Source: Bacillota bacterium
GTDB taxonomy: Bacteria; Bacillota; Clostridia; Christensenellales; CAG-138
Reading direction: 5' to 3'
Length of the DNA stretch: 64,000 nt
Assembly (NCBI GenBank): GCA_023459335.1
Contig: JAEWUO010000036.1
Span: 18,866 to 82,865 of the forward strand
A program made the position numbers and the translations under genes. Every line of letters starts with the position of its first letter. Positions within the stretch are counted from its first letter, which is position 1. A model generated the notes under the pieces. It did not search any database, was not told the DNA's origin, and saw nothing but the letters and a program-made list of their open reading frames with translations. Positions 8,644 through 17,172 of this stretch are shown one piece after another.

Positions 8644-10380
8644 ATGAGTAAAATAAAGCGGTTTATATCCTACTACGGACCGCACAGCAAACTGTTGATT
8701 CTGGACCTGGGGTGCGCCGTGTTCGTCTCCGCCGTCGATATCGCCTACCCGCTTCTTACCCAGTATATACTTCGCACGCTCCTGCCGCAGATGGCGGTGA
8801 ACGCGGCGCTGATCAAAGTGTTTGTTTTGCTGATATTGGCCGCGCTCGGGGCGTATATTCTCCGCGCGGTGCTTCTGTTCATCATCAACTACTGGGGGCA
8901 TATGCTCGGCATCCGCATAGAAGCGGACATGCGCAGGGACATCTTCTCTCACATGCAGGAGCTATCGTTCAGCTTTTTCGATCAGGAACGCACGGGCAAG
9001 CTGATCTCGCGCGTGACGACGGACCTTTTCGACATCACCGAGCTCGCGCACCACGGCCCGGAGGACGTGCTGATTTCGGGCGTGATGGTGACCGGCGCGT
9101 TTATCGCCATGATGTTTGTGGACTGGCGGCTCGCGCTCGCGCTTCTCTGCATAGTGCCCGTTGCGATCTATTATGTGATCCGGCTGCGCGTGCATATGCG
9201 CACCGCCGCGCTGAAGGTGAAGGAGCGCGTGGCGGAGATCAACGCGGACATTGAATCCTCTATTTCCGGCGCGCGCGTGGCGAAGGCGTTTACCAACGAA
9301 GACCACGAGCGGCGTAAATTTGAACGCGGCAATACGCGATTCGTCCACGCCAAGGACGGCTTTTATAAATACATGGCGTATTTCAACAGCGGGATGGAAT
9401 TTTTCATCGCCATGTTCAACCTCGTCGTGCTCGCGCTCGGCGGATACCTGATCTACAAAAGCAGCCTGGATCCGATCCTGCTCGTGACGTTTACGCTCTA
9501 CATCGCGGCGTTCATCCAGCCGCTCAAGCTGCTTGCGGCGTTCGCGGAACTGTATATTCTCGGCATGGCGGGCTTTTCGCGTTTCTGCGAGATCATGCGG
9601 ATCGAGCCGGAAATCAGGGACCGCGACGGCGCGACGGAACTAAAACACGTGCGCGGCGACATCTGTTTTCAGGATGTGACGTTCGCCTACGGAAACGGAA
9701 AAAGCGTCCTGTCACACGTCAGCCTGGATATCCCCGCGGGCAAGACGCTCGCGCTCGTAGGCCCCAGCGGCGGCGGCAAGACGACGCTCTGCCACCTGAT
9801 TCCGCGATTCTACGAACAGCGTTCGGGAAGCATCACCATCGACGGTCGCGACACGCGCGACGTAACGATGCGCTCGCTGCGCAGGAACGTCGGCATCGTA
9901 CAGCAGGATGTGTTTCTTTTTGCCAGCAGCGTGATGGAGAATATCCGCTACGGGCGTATCGACGCGACGGACGAGGAGGTCGTGGAGGCCGCGAAGCGCG
10001 CGCATATCCACGAGGAGATTCAGAGGTTTCCGGACGGCTACGACACGCAGGTTGGCGAACGCGGAATCATGCTGTCAGGCGGGCAGAAGCAGCGCGTGTC
10101 CATCGCGCGGCTGTTTCTGAAAAACCCGCCTATCCTGATCCTGGATGAAGCGACGAGCGCGCTGGACACCATGACGGAACACGAAATCCAGCACTCGTTC
10201 GAGGAGCTTTCGCGCGGGCGTACGACGCTGGTTATCGCGCACCGGCTCTCGACCGTGAAACACGCGGACGAGATCGTGGTGCTGGACGAAACCGGCATTC
10301 GCGAGCGGGGCACGCACGAACAGCTTCTCGCCTCGGGCGGCCTGTACGCGCGGCTCTACCATGCGTCCATGACCGACTGA
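8644..10380 (+). CDS. ABC transporter, fused permease/ATP-binding protein (MsbA-like exporter)
   Basis: 578 aa with an N-terminal six-helix region. GPSGGGKTT Walker A, LSGGQKQRVSIAR signature and ILILDEATSALD Walker B. Confidence 0.9.
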   Translation: MSKIKRFISYYGPHSKLLILDLGCAVFVSAVDIAYPLLTQYILRTLLPQMAVNAALIKVFVLLILAALGAYILRAVLLFIINYWGHMLGIRIEADMRRDIFSHMQELSFSFFDQERTGKLISRVTTDLFDITELAHHGPEDVLISGVMVTGAFIAMMFVDWRLALALLCIVPVAIYYVIRLRVHMRTAALKVKERVAEINADIESSISGARVAKAFTNEDHERRKFERGNTRFVHAKDGFYKYMAYFNSGMEFFIAMFNLVVLALGGYLIYKSSLDPILLVTFTLYIAAFIQPLKLLAAFAELYILGMAGFSRFCEIMRIEPEIRDRDGATELKHVRGDICFQDVTFAYGNGKSVLSHVSLDIPAGKTLALVGPSGGGKTTLCHLIPRFYEQRSGSITIDGRDTRDVTMRSLRRNVGIVQQDVFLFASSVMENIRYGRIDATDEEVVEAAKRAHIHEEIQRFPDGYDTQVGERGIMLSGGQKQRVSIARLFLKNPPILILDEATSALDTMTEHEIQHSFEELSRGRTTLVIAHRLSTVKHADEIVVLDETGIRERGTHEQLLASGGLYARLYHASMTD

Positions 10381-10408
10381 ATCCGAACGACGAGGGAAGG
10401 ACACCCGC

Positions 10409-10969
10409 TTGAAGAGACGCACGCTCGCAATCCTGCTCGCCGTACTCGCCGTGCTTGCGGCCGTCTGGCTGGCCAATTCCTTTGGCGAGGGGGCCGCGCA
10501 GAACCAGCAAGCCGCACAGCCGGCACTGAACGGGTTTCCGATTTCGCCGCAGGGCGATACGGATCTCCAAACCGCGCAAAGCGATCCCGCAATTGTGACG
10601 CCTCGGGCGACGCAGGCCGAGCCGGACGAGCATGGCGCTTATACGACGAAAGAGGACGTGGCGCTTTACCTTTCTATTTACGGACGGCTGCCGGAGAACT
10701 TCATCACAAAATCGGAAGCGCGTGCGCTTGGCTGGAGCGGCGGCGGGCTGGACGATTACGATTACGGCAAATGCATCGGAGGAGACCGATTCGGCAACAG
10801 CGAAGGGCTGCTTCCGCAGACCGGCGGACGGATCTATTACGAATGCGACGTCGATACGCTGCATCGGGACGAACGCGGGGCGAAACGGATCGTGTACTCC
10901 GACGACGGGCTGATCTATTACACGGGCGACCATTACGAATCGTTTGAACTGCTCTACGGCGAACCTTGA
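10409..10969 (+). CDS. Secreted barnase-like ribonuclease (N1/T1/barnase family)
   Basis: TTG start with GAGGGAAGG upstream and signal peptide MKRRTLAILLAVLAVLAAVWLA. YLSIYGRLPENFITKSEARALGW, IGGDRFGNSEGLLP, YYECDVD and GLIYYTGDHYESF align with barnase, including the Glu and His catalytic positions. Confidence 0.85.
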   Translation: MKRRTLAILLAVLAVLAAVWLANSFGEGAAQNQQAAQPALNGFPISPQGDTDLQTAQSDPAIVTPRATQAEPDEHGAYTTKEDVALYLSIYGRLPENFITKSEARALGWSGGGLDDYDYGKCIGGDRFGNSEGLLPQTGGRIYYECDVDTLHRDERGAKRIVYSDDGLIYYTGDHYESFELLYGEP

Positions 10970-10988
10970 GCGGGGTGGGGGATCGGCT

Positions 10989-11276
10989 TTGAAAAAAGAA
11001 CGCACGCTGCGCCTGAACGCGAGGCGAATGACGACGCGGGAACGGGCGCACGCACATCTGAAAGCGCGGCTGCGTCTGCCAAAATGGTACGGCGCGAATC
11101 TTGACGCGCTGAACGACTGCCTCGGGGAGATCGGTGAGCCGACGCATCTCGTGATACGCTATGCTCCTGAACTGACCCTGACGCTCGGCGATTACGGAAC
11201 GAAACTGCTTGGCATTTTGGAGCGCGCGGCGGAAGAAAATCCGAATCTGCGAATCGAACGCAGGGCGCATTTTTAA
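10989..11276 (+). CDS. Barstar-like ribonuclease inhibitor
   Basis: LPKWYGANLDALNDCL matches barstar LPEYYGENLDALWDCL. The start is placed at TTG 10989 by alignment to the barstar N-terminus (MKK...). Confidence 0.8.
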   Translation: MKKERTLRLNARRMTTRERAHAHLKARLRLPKWYGANLDALNDCLGEIGEPTHLVIRYAPELTLTLGDYGTKLLGILERAAEENPNLRIERRAHF

Positions 11277-11317
11277 CGGGTCGAACCGGTTTATGCCGGA
11301 ATTGTTTTTCAAGCGGA

Positions 11318-12475
11318 TTGTTTCGAGATGCCGAAGCAATCCGCAGGATACGGCGAAAGGGGACGGCGCATTTGGACTGGATTCGTACGCTTCTTCTCGG
11401 ACTGATTGTTGCGGTATCGGCGCTGCTTGCGTTAGGAGCGGCGCTGCTTCTGCTCCTGCACCTGACGCGCACAGCGGAAAACCGCAGGCTGCAAAAGATG
11501 CGAGAGCAGCTTATCTGCCTGCTTTCCGGCGCAGCGGAAAAGAACCGGATGAAAAGCCGCATTCATCAGATGGTCGCCCCCGGCGGAGACGTAAACTCCC
11601 TTGCGGACATTAAAAAGATCCGGTCCACGCGCGGACTGATCGCCATCACCGAAACGGCGGAGGAACTCTCCGGCTGCGAGTGGGAAATCCTTCAGAAGGA
11701 AGCGGGCGGCGAATGGTTCGGCGAATATATCCGGAAATTATTCGACGGTGTGGACGAGGAAGCCGTCGCGCTCGTGGTCAAACTCATCGGCGTGCTGCGG
11801 CTTAAGTGCTATACGCCGGATGTGGTGACGCAGATCTACTGCTGCCGCACGACGGCGCAGATGCAGCACGTCGGCATGCTCGCGCTCTGCATGCTCGGCG
11901 CGGAGCGGGACATCATCGCGCTCTGCCGCGACCACACGATCGCTTCACTGCTCTCCTTCCGTACGCTGGACGAGCTTTTTTCCATTTATCATGGCGACAT
12001 GAAACGGCTCTGCCGGAAACTGATTACGTCTGCTTCCGATCCCTATATCCGCAGAACCTGTATAAAAACCATCGGCGAACAGCGTTTCGAGGAACTCGGC
12101 GAACTTGTATTGCCGCACCTGATCCACGGGCATATCAACACGCGAATCGACTCCGCGCGCGCGCTGGGGCAGATCCGGTATGAACCGGCGCTTCCATATT
12201 TGACGGAGAGCGCCGCAGATCCGCGCTGGGAAATGCGCGCCGTCGTAGCGTCCGCGCTTGGTTCTTTCGACGCGCAGACGCACGCGGACACGCTTGTGAA
12301 ACTGCTCTGCGACAGGGAGTGGTGGGTGCGCTACCGTGCGGCGGAGGCGCTGACCGCACTGCCCGATACGGAGGAACTGATGCGCCGTGTGGGTGAAACG
12401 GGCGACCGGTTTGCCGGCGAGATGATGCGCTTTGCGCTCGATCAGGCGGCACTGATTCGGGGGGAGGCGGCATAG
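11318..12475 (+). CDS. Membrane-anchored HEAT-repeat protein
   Basis: N-terminal TM helix LLLGLIVAVSALLALGAALLLLL. C-terminal HEAT-like repeats ARALGQIRYEPALPYL, MRAVVASALGSF and VRYRAAEALTAL. Start is uncertain: TTG 11318, or TTG 11369 which has AAGGGGA upstream. Confidence 0.7.
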   Translation: MFRDAEAIRRIRRKGTAHLDWIRTLLLGLIVAVSALLALGAALLLLLHLTRTAENRRLQKMREQLICLLSGAAEKNRMKSRIHQMVAPGGDVNSLADIKKIRSTRGLIAITETAEELSGCEWEILQKEAGGEWFGEYIRKLFDGVDEEAVALVVKLIGVLRLKCYTPDVVTQIYCCRTTAQMQHVGMLALCMLGAERDIIALCRDHTIASLLSFRTLDELFSIYHGDMKRLCRKLITSASDPYIRRTCIKTIGEQRFEELGELVLPHLIHGHINTRIDSARALGQIRYEPALPYLTESAADPRWEMRAVVASALGSFDAQTHADTLVKLLCDREWWVRYRAAEALTALPDTEELMRRVGETGDRFAGEMMRFALDQAALIRGEAA

Positions 12476-13801
12476 ATGAACGTTTTCAAGACGTGCGTTG
12501 CGATATTGCCATATGTATGTTATGCGTTTCTGGCGCTTGCGATGTTTGGCGGGCTGTACCGCATTCTGGAGCTGATCGCGACCTCCTCGAAGCTGCGCCG
12601 GTCCGTCCGGTCCCTTCGTTCGGTGGACTACCGCCGGTTTCAGGATTCCGAACATATTATGCCGGTTTCTCTGATCGTGCCCGCGACAATGGAGCGGGGC
12701 GGCTTGAAAGACTGTGTGGATCACCTTCTTTCTCTGGAATTCAGGCAGTATGAAGTGATCGTCGTCGCCGACAGCGGCAATCGGGAAAGCTGGACGGGAT
12801 TGCTTGAGGAATACCGCCTGCTGCCGTTCAGCCAGCCGTACAAGAAGACGCTGCTTGCCGACGAAGCGGCGGTTTACCGCTCCGCAAGGGATGTGCGCCT
12901 TGTCGTGCTCGACCAGAAAGGCGCCCCGTGCGCGAGCGCGCTGAACGCGGGCGTTAACGTATCGTCCTATCCGATCGTCGCAATCGTCTACCCGAACCAG
13001 CGGCTGACGAAGAACGCGCTTCTCAAAATGATGTACTCGTTCGTCGGTGATCCGGGCTGCGTCTACCTCGGTTCGTTTCCGCGCGTCGGAACCGTTTCCG
13101 AGGGAGCGGAGGGGAGGAATCGTTCCGCGTTTGCCGAAGTGCAAAACATCGAGCGGCTCAGAACGCTGTTCACCCGACGCCGCGGTTATGACACGCTCGG
13201 GATGTATCTGCCGCGGCAGGCCGCGTTCGGCATGTTTCTCAAAAGCGCGGTGATGGACTCGGACGGTTTTTTTGAAGAAGCGCCCGCAGGACAGGCGGAT
13301 CTGCTGCTGCGCATATATGAACGCCTGCGCGGGGAAAGGAAGACCTTCCGTACGCGGCTTCTGCCGGATGCGGTCTGTTACGAACTGCCCCGGAACACCC
13401 TGCGCGAAGTCTGCGCGGCGACAGCGGGCGAGCAGCGGGCGGCAGCCATGACGCTTCACAGGCGAGGGCGGCGCGCGCGCATAGTGCCGGGCGTCCGGTA
13501 CACACGCCTGGCTGAGACCGGCTGGCCGCGCGTAGAACTGACAGGCGTCCTGATTACGGGCCTTGCCGCCGTGCTCGGCGCGGTGCCGCTCTGGTTTTTA
13601 GCGTTTTACCTGCTGATCTCCGCACTGCTGGGATCCATGCAGTCTGTGGGCGCGGTTCTGCTGGAGGAATACGCGTTTCAGCCGAAGACCGACACGGGGC
13701 TGCTGCTGCGGAACTATCTGCTTGCGTTGATTGAGAATTTCGGTTACCGCCAGATTATGGCGTTTGCAAGAATGTTTCCCGGGCGCAAACGAACGCTTTG
13801 A
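12476..13801 (+). CDS. Membrane GT2-like glycosyltransferase-fold protein with divergent catalytic motifs
   Basis: The ATG directly abuts the upstream stop. N-terminal TM helix, GT-A-like core beginning VSLIVPA...EVIVVADSGN, and C-terminal TM helices. The expected DxD, ED and QxxRW positions read YPN, AD and QRAAA. Confidence 0.7.
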   Translation: MNVFKTCVAILPYVCYAFLALAMFGGLYRILELIATSSKLRRSVRSLRSVDYRRFQDSEHIMPVSLIVPATMERGGLKDCVDHLLSLEFRQYEVIVVADSGNRESWTGLLEEYRLLPFSQPYKKTLLADEAAVYRSARDVRLVVLDQKGAPCASALNAGVNVSSYPIVAIVYPNQRLTKNALLKMMYSFVGDPGCVYLGSFPRVGTVSEGAEGRNRSAFAEVQNIERLRTLFTRRRGYDTLGMYLPRQAAFGMFLKSAVMDSDGFFEEAPAGQADLLLRIYERLRGERKTFRTRLLPDAVCYELPRNTLREVCAATAGEQRAAAMTLHRRGRRARIVPGVRYTRLAETGWPRVELTGVLITGLAAVLGAVPLWFLAFYLLISALLGSMQSVGAVLLEEYAFQPKTDTGLLLRNYLLALIENFGYRQIMAFARMFPGRKRTL

Positions 13802-13821
13802 GCGGTCAACAGCGATTGAAG

Positions 13822-13849
13822 GCGCCGGAGTCGACCCGGCGCTCTTTTT
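13822..13849 (+). terminator. Rho-independent terminator closing the 8.6-13.8 kb cluster
   Basis: GCGCCGG-AGTCGAC-CCGGCGC followed by TCTTTTT. Confidence 0.7.
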
Positions 13850-13902
13850 GGCAGGAATATAAAATTTATATCCGAAATGATACTGAATATTTTGAAAAAC
13901 TG

Positions 13903-13932
13903 TTGTAAGGCAAGAAGGTATTGCGCTATACT
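13903..13932 (+). promoter_or_regulatory. Candidate promoter TTGTAA-18-TATACT upstream of rluB
   Basis: Hexamers at 13903-13908 and 13927-13932 in an AT-rich spacer. Confidence 0.35.
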
Positions 13933-14018
13933 ATATTTGGTGACATATGGCGAAGTTTTCTGCGAAATTAAAGTGAGCTTGCTACACGAACCGGACGAAT
14001 GATACAGGGAATGCCGAT

Positions 14019-14738
14019 ATGATACGACTGCAGAAATACCTCGCCGAATCGGGCGTTGCGTCCCGCAGGGCGAGCGAACAGCTGATCCTGCAGGGCCGCG
14101 TGAAAATCAACGGCGAAACGGCAGCCGTCGGCATGAGCGTCGATCCGTCAACAGACGAAATCACACTCGACGGCAAGCCGGTGAACCGGGCGGAGCAGAT
14201 CATAACGGTCATGCTCCATAAGCCGAAAGGCGTTGTGAGCACGAGCGACGACCCGCAGGGGAGAAAGACCGTTCAGGACTACGTAAGGGATATCCCCGCG
14301 CGCCTGTATAACGTAGGCAGGCTCGACATCAACTCCGAAGGCCTGATCCTCATGACCAACGACGGGGAGCTGGCGCACCGTATGACGCACCCGAAGTTTT
14401 CCGTAGAAAAGACGTATTACGCGATCTGCGACGGAAAACTCCTGCCCTCGGAAATCGCATCCCTGGTCAACGGCGTTTCGCTGGAAGACGGGGTGACGGC
14501 TCCCGCGAGGGTTTCGCACGTTCGGGCGACGAAGACGGGGGACACCTCGTTTCTCATCGCGATTCACGAGGGGAAAAACCGCCAGATCCGGCGTATGCTG
14601 GAGGCGGTCGGGCACCGGACGCTGCGGCTCAAACGGGAGAGCTTCGGACCGCTTTCGCTCGGCGATATGAAGCCGGGGGAAACGCGGCGCCTGACAGACG
14701 AGGAACTGCTAGCGCTGCGGCGCGCGCTCGGACTGTAG
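14019..14738 (+). CDS. rluB: 23S rRNA pseudouridine synthase (RluB/RsuA family)
   Basis: N-terminal S4 domain (RLQKYLAESGVASRRASEQLILQGRVKING). Catalytic GRLDINSEGLILMTNDG motif. Confidence 0.85.
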   Translation: MIRLQKYLAESGVASRRASEQLILQGRVKINGETAAVGMSVDPSTDEITLDGKPVNRAEQIITVMLHKPKGVVSTSDDPQGRKTVQDYVRDIPARLYNVGRLDINSEGLILMTNDGELAHRMTHPKFSVEKTYYAICDGKLLPSEIASLVNGVSLEDGVTAPARVSHVRATKTGDTSFLIAIHEGKNRQIRRMLEAVGHRTLRLKRESFGPLSLGDMKPGETRRLTDEELLALRRALGL

Positions 14739-14834
14739 CGACGATCCGCCTGCAGGCCGACCGAAAGAACGATCGAATGGAAGGATGCGGGTTATCCCAT
14801 CCTGAATAAATGCAAAACAGCGGAGGTAAAACAA

Positions 14835-15086
14835 ATGGACAATACAATATGGATCATTTTGGGCGTGTTCGCGGGGCTCATCGCCCTGATCATCATACTC
14901 AAAGCCGTTCGGGCCAGGCAGGATCGCATGGAGAGCGAAGAGGCGGAAGCGGCGCCGGCAGGCGCAGGCGCGGCTGCAATCGCAAACCGCGGCGAGCTCG
15001 TCGCGGTTGCGGCAAGCTGTATCGCCGAGGCGATGGGCAAGGACGTTTCCGGCCTGCGCATTGTTTCGCTCAGACGGGTCGGGTAA
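14835..15086 (+). CDS. OadG-family protein (sodium-pump decarboxylase gamma-like subunit)
   Basis: 83 aa, GGAGG 9 nt upstream. N-terminal TM helix IWIILGVFAGLIALIIIL, an Ala-rich linker and ELVAVAASCIAEAM, typical of OadG-like proteins. Confidence 0.65.
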   Translation: MDNTIWIILGVFAGLIALIIILKAVRARQDRMESEEAEAAPAGAGAAAIANRGELVAVAASCIAEAMGKDVSGLRIVSLRRVG

Positions 15087-15158
15087 ACGGCTGACCATTC
15101 TGCTAAAAAAAAGTTTCAAGTAAAAAGTTTCAAATAGAGAAAAAAATCGGAGGTTTAT

Positions 15159-15521
15159 ATGCGCAATTTTCTTGTCAACGTTAATGGAACACAGTATGAA
15201 GTAGCCGTCGAAGAAATCGACGGAAAAGCAGCGCCCGCCGTGAAGGCCGCGCCCGCCGCCGCTCCCGCTGCACCCGCTGCCGCTGCGCCCGTCGCTGCGC
15301 CCGCAGGCGCAACAAAGGTCACCGCGCCGATGCCCGGCACCATCCTCGGCGTCAACGTCAAGGAAGGAGACGCGGTCAAGGCCGGCCAGCCGATTTTCGT
15401 ACTCGAAGCCATGAAGATGGAGAGCGACATCACCGCGCCCGTTTCCGGCACCGTCCGCGGGATTTCGGTCACAAAGGGAACCTCCGTGGAAGCCGGCAAG
15501 CTGCTCTGCTCCATCGAATAA
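15159..15521 (+). CDS. Biotin carboxyl carrier / biotinyl-domain protein
   Basis: 120 aa with an Ala/Pro linker. Biotinylation motif LEAMKMESDI. Confidence 0.85.
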   Translation: MRNFLVNVNGTQYEVAVEEIDGKAAPAVKAAPAAAPAAPAAAAPVAAPAGATKVTAPMPGTILGVNVKEGDAVKAGQPIFVLEAMKMESDITAPVSGTVRGISVTKGTSVEAGKLLCSIE

Positions 15522-15761
15522 TATTGTAAAAGTCGCGCGCGGACGCGGGTGGCTTTCCATGCTGACGTCCGGCGGATCGAAACTTGGCGGGTTTGCGGGC
15601 GGATAGGCTCCAGCCTGCATGAAATGCTTCGCCGGCGTGTACGCCGAATCGTCAGGAACCGCCGAATATCCGGTGCGTTCCAAATTTCCCCGTCATGATA
15701 CCGTGGCGACTCGCCCGGCGGGAAAAAAGCCCGCCTTACGCCGCCGAAAGGAGAAACGCAA

Positions 15762-17171
15762 ATGAGCAAATTATTGATTACCGATACGATCCTTCGCGAC
15801 GCGCACCAATCGCTCGCGGCGACGCGTATGCGCACAGAGGATATGCTCCCCGCCTGCGGGGTGCTCGATTCCATCGGTTACTATTCTCTGGAAGTATGGG
15901 GCGGAGCGACGTTTGACGCGTGCCTGCGCTTCCTCAACGAAGATCCCTGGGACCGTCTGCGCAAGCTGCGCAAAGCGCTGCCCCACACCAAGCTGCAGAT
16001 GCTTTTCCGCGGACAGAACATCCTGGGATACAAGCATTATGCGGACGACGTGGTCGAACAGTTCTGCAAAAAAGCGATCGAGAACGGAATCGACATCATC
16101 CGCATCTTCGACGCACTGAACGATACCCGTAACCTCGAAAGCGCGATCCGCTTTACCAAAAAGTACGGCGGCATCTGCGAACCGGCCATCAGCTACACCA
16201 TTTCGCCCGTACACAACGAGGACTATTTCGTCAAGCTGGCGAAGGAACTCGTCCAGATGGGCGCGGATACCATCTGCATCAAGGATATGGCGAACCTGCT
16301 TCTGCCGTACGACGCGTATTCGCTCGTTTCCAGGCTCAAGAAGGAAATCAGCGTTCCCATCCACCTGCATACGCACAACACCACCGGCACCGGCGACATG
16401 GTATATCTCATGGCGGCGCAGGCCGGCGTGGATATCGTGGACACCGCGCTTTCACCATTCGGCAACGGGACCTCACAGCCCGCGACCGAACCGCTCGTCG
16501 CCACGCTGAAGGGAACAGAGTGCGATACCGGCCTCGATCTGATCAAGCTTTCCGAAGCCGCGAAGCTGTTTCGCCCTGTCGCGGACCGCATGATCGCGGA
16601 CGGAACGATCTCCGTCAAGGTGCTCGGCGTCGACACAAACACACTGTTGTATCAGGTTCCGGGCGGCATGCTTTCGAATCTGGTTTCCCAGCTGAAGGAA
16701 GCAGGCAAGTCCGACAAGTACTACGACGTGCTCGCGGAAGTGCCGCGCGTTCGCAAAGACTTCGGATATCCGCCGCTTGTCACACCGACAAGCCAGATCG
16801 TCGGCACGCAGGCCGTGCTGAACATCATCAGCGGCGAACGCTACAAGGTGTTTACAAAAGAAAGCAAGGCGCTTCTGCGCGGCGAATACGGGCGCCTGCC
16901 CGCGCCGGTCAACGAAGAGGTGCGTAAAAAGGCAATCGGCGACGAGGAAGTGATCACCTGCCGCCCCGCGGACCTGCTCAAGCCGGAGCTGGGGCAATAC
17001 CGCGAGGAGATCAAGGATCATATCCGCCAGGACGAGGACGTGCTCAGCTACGCGCTCTTCCCGCAGGTTGCGCTGAAGTTCTTCGAAGCGCGCGAAGCCG
17101 CTGAAAAGAAAGCGGCCGAGCCGAACGAAGGCGGTGTGCGCACACTGTATGTAGAAGATCTCAGCGCATAA
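15762..17171 (+). CDS. Oxaloacetate decarboxylase alpha / pyruvate carboxylase subunit B type carboxyltransferase (5S), without its own biotinyl domain
   Basis: LITDTILRDAHQSL..., EVWGGATFD and IHLHTHNTTG motifs. 469 aa with no AMKM motif at the C-terminus. Confidence 0.85.
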   Translation: MSKLLITDTILRDAHQSLAATRMRTEDMLPACGVLDSIGYYSLEVWGGATFDACLRFLNEDPWDRLRKLRKALPHTKLQMLFRGQNILGYKHYADDVVEQFCKKAIENGIDIIRIFDALNDTRNLESAIRFTKKYGGICEPAISYTISPVHNEDYFVKLAKELVQMGADTICIKDMANLLLPYDAYSLVSRLKKEISVPIHLHTHNTTGTGDMVYLMAAQAGVDIVDTALSPFGNGTSQPATEPLVATLKGTECDTGLDLIKLSEAAKLFRPVADRMIADGTISVKVLGVDTNTLLYQVPGGMLSNLVSQLKEAGKSDKYYDVLAEVPRVRKDFGYPPLVTPTSQIVGTQAVLNIISGERYKVFTKESKALLRGEYGRLPAPVNEEVRKKAIGDEEVITCRPADLLKPELGQYREEIKDHIRQDEDVLSYALFPQVALKFFEAREAAEKKAAEPNEGGVRTLYVEDLSA

Positions 17172-17172
17172 C

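Noticed and set aside
11945-13459. 504-aa minus-strand ORF spanning the HEAT and GT2-like genes.
   Set aside because: It crosses a gene boundary and is Arg-rich with no recognisable motifs. The plus-strand genes have TM helices, HEAT repeats and a GT-A core.
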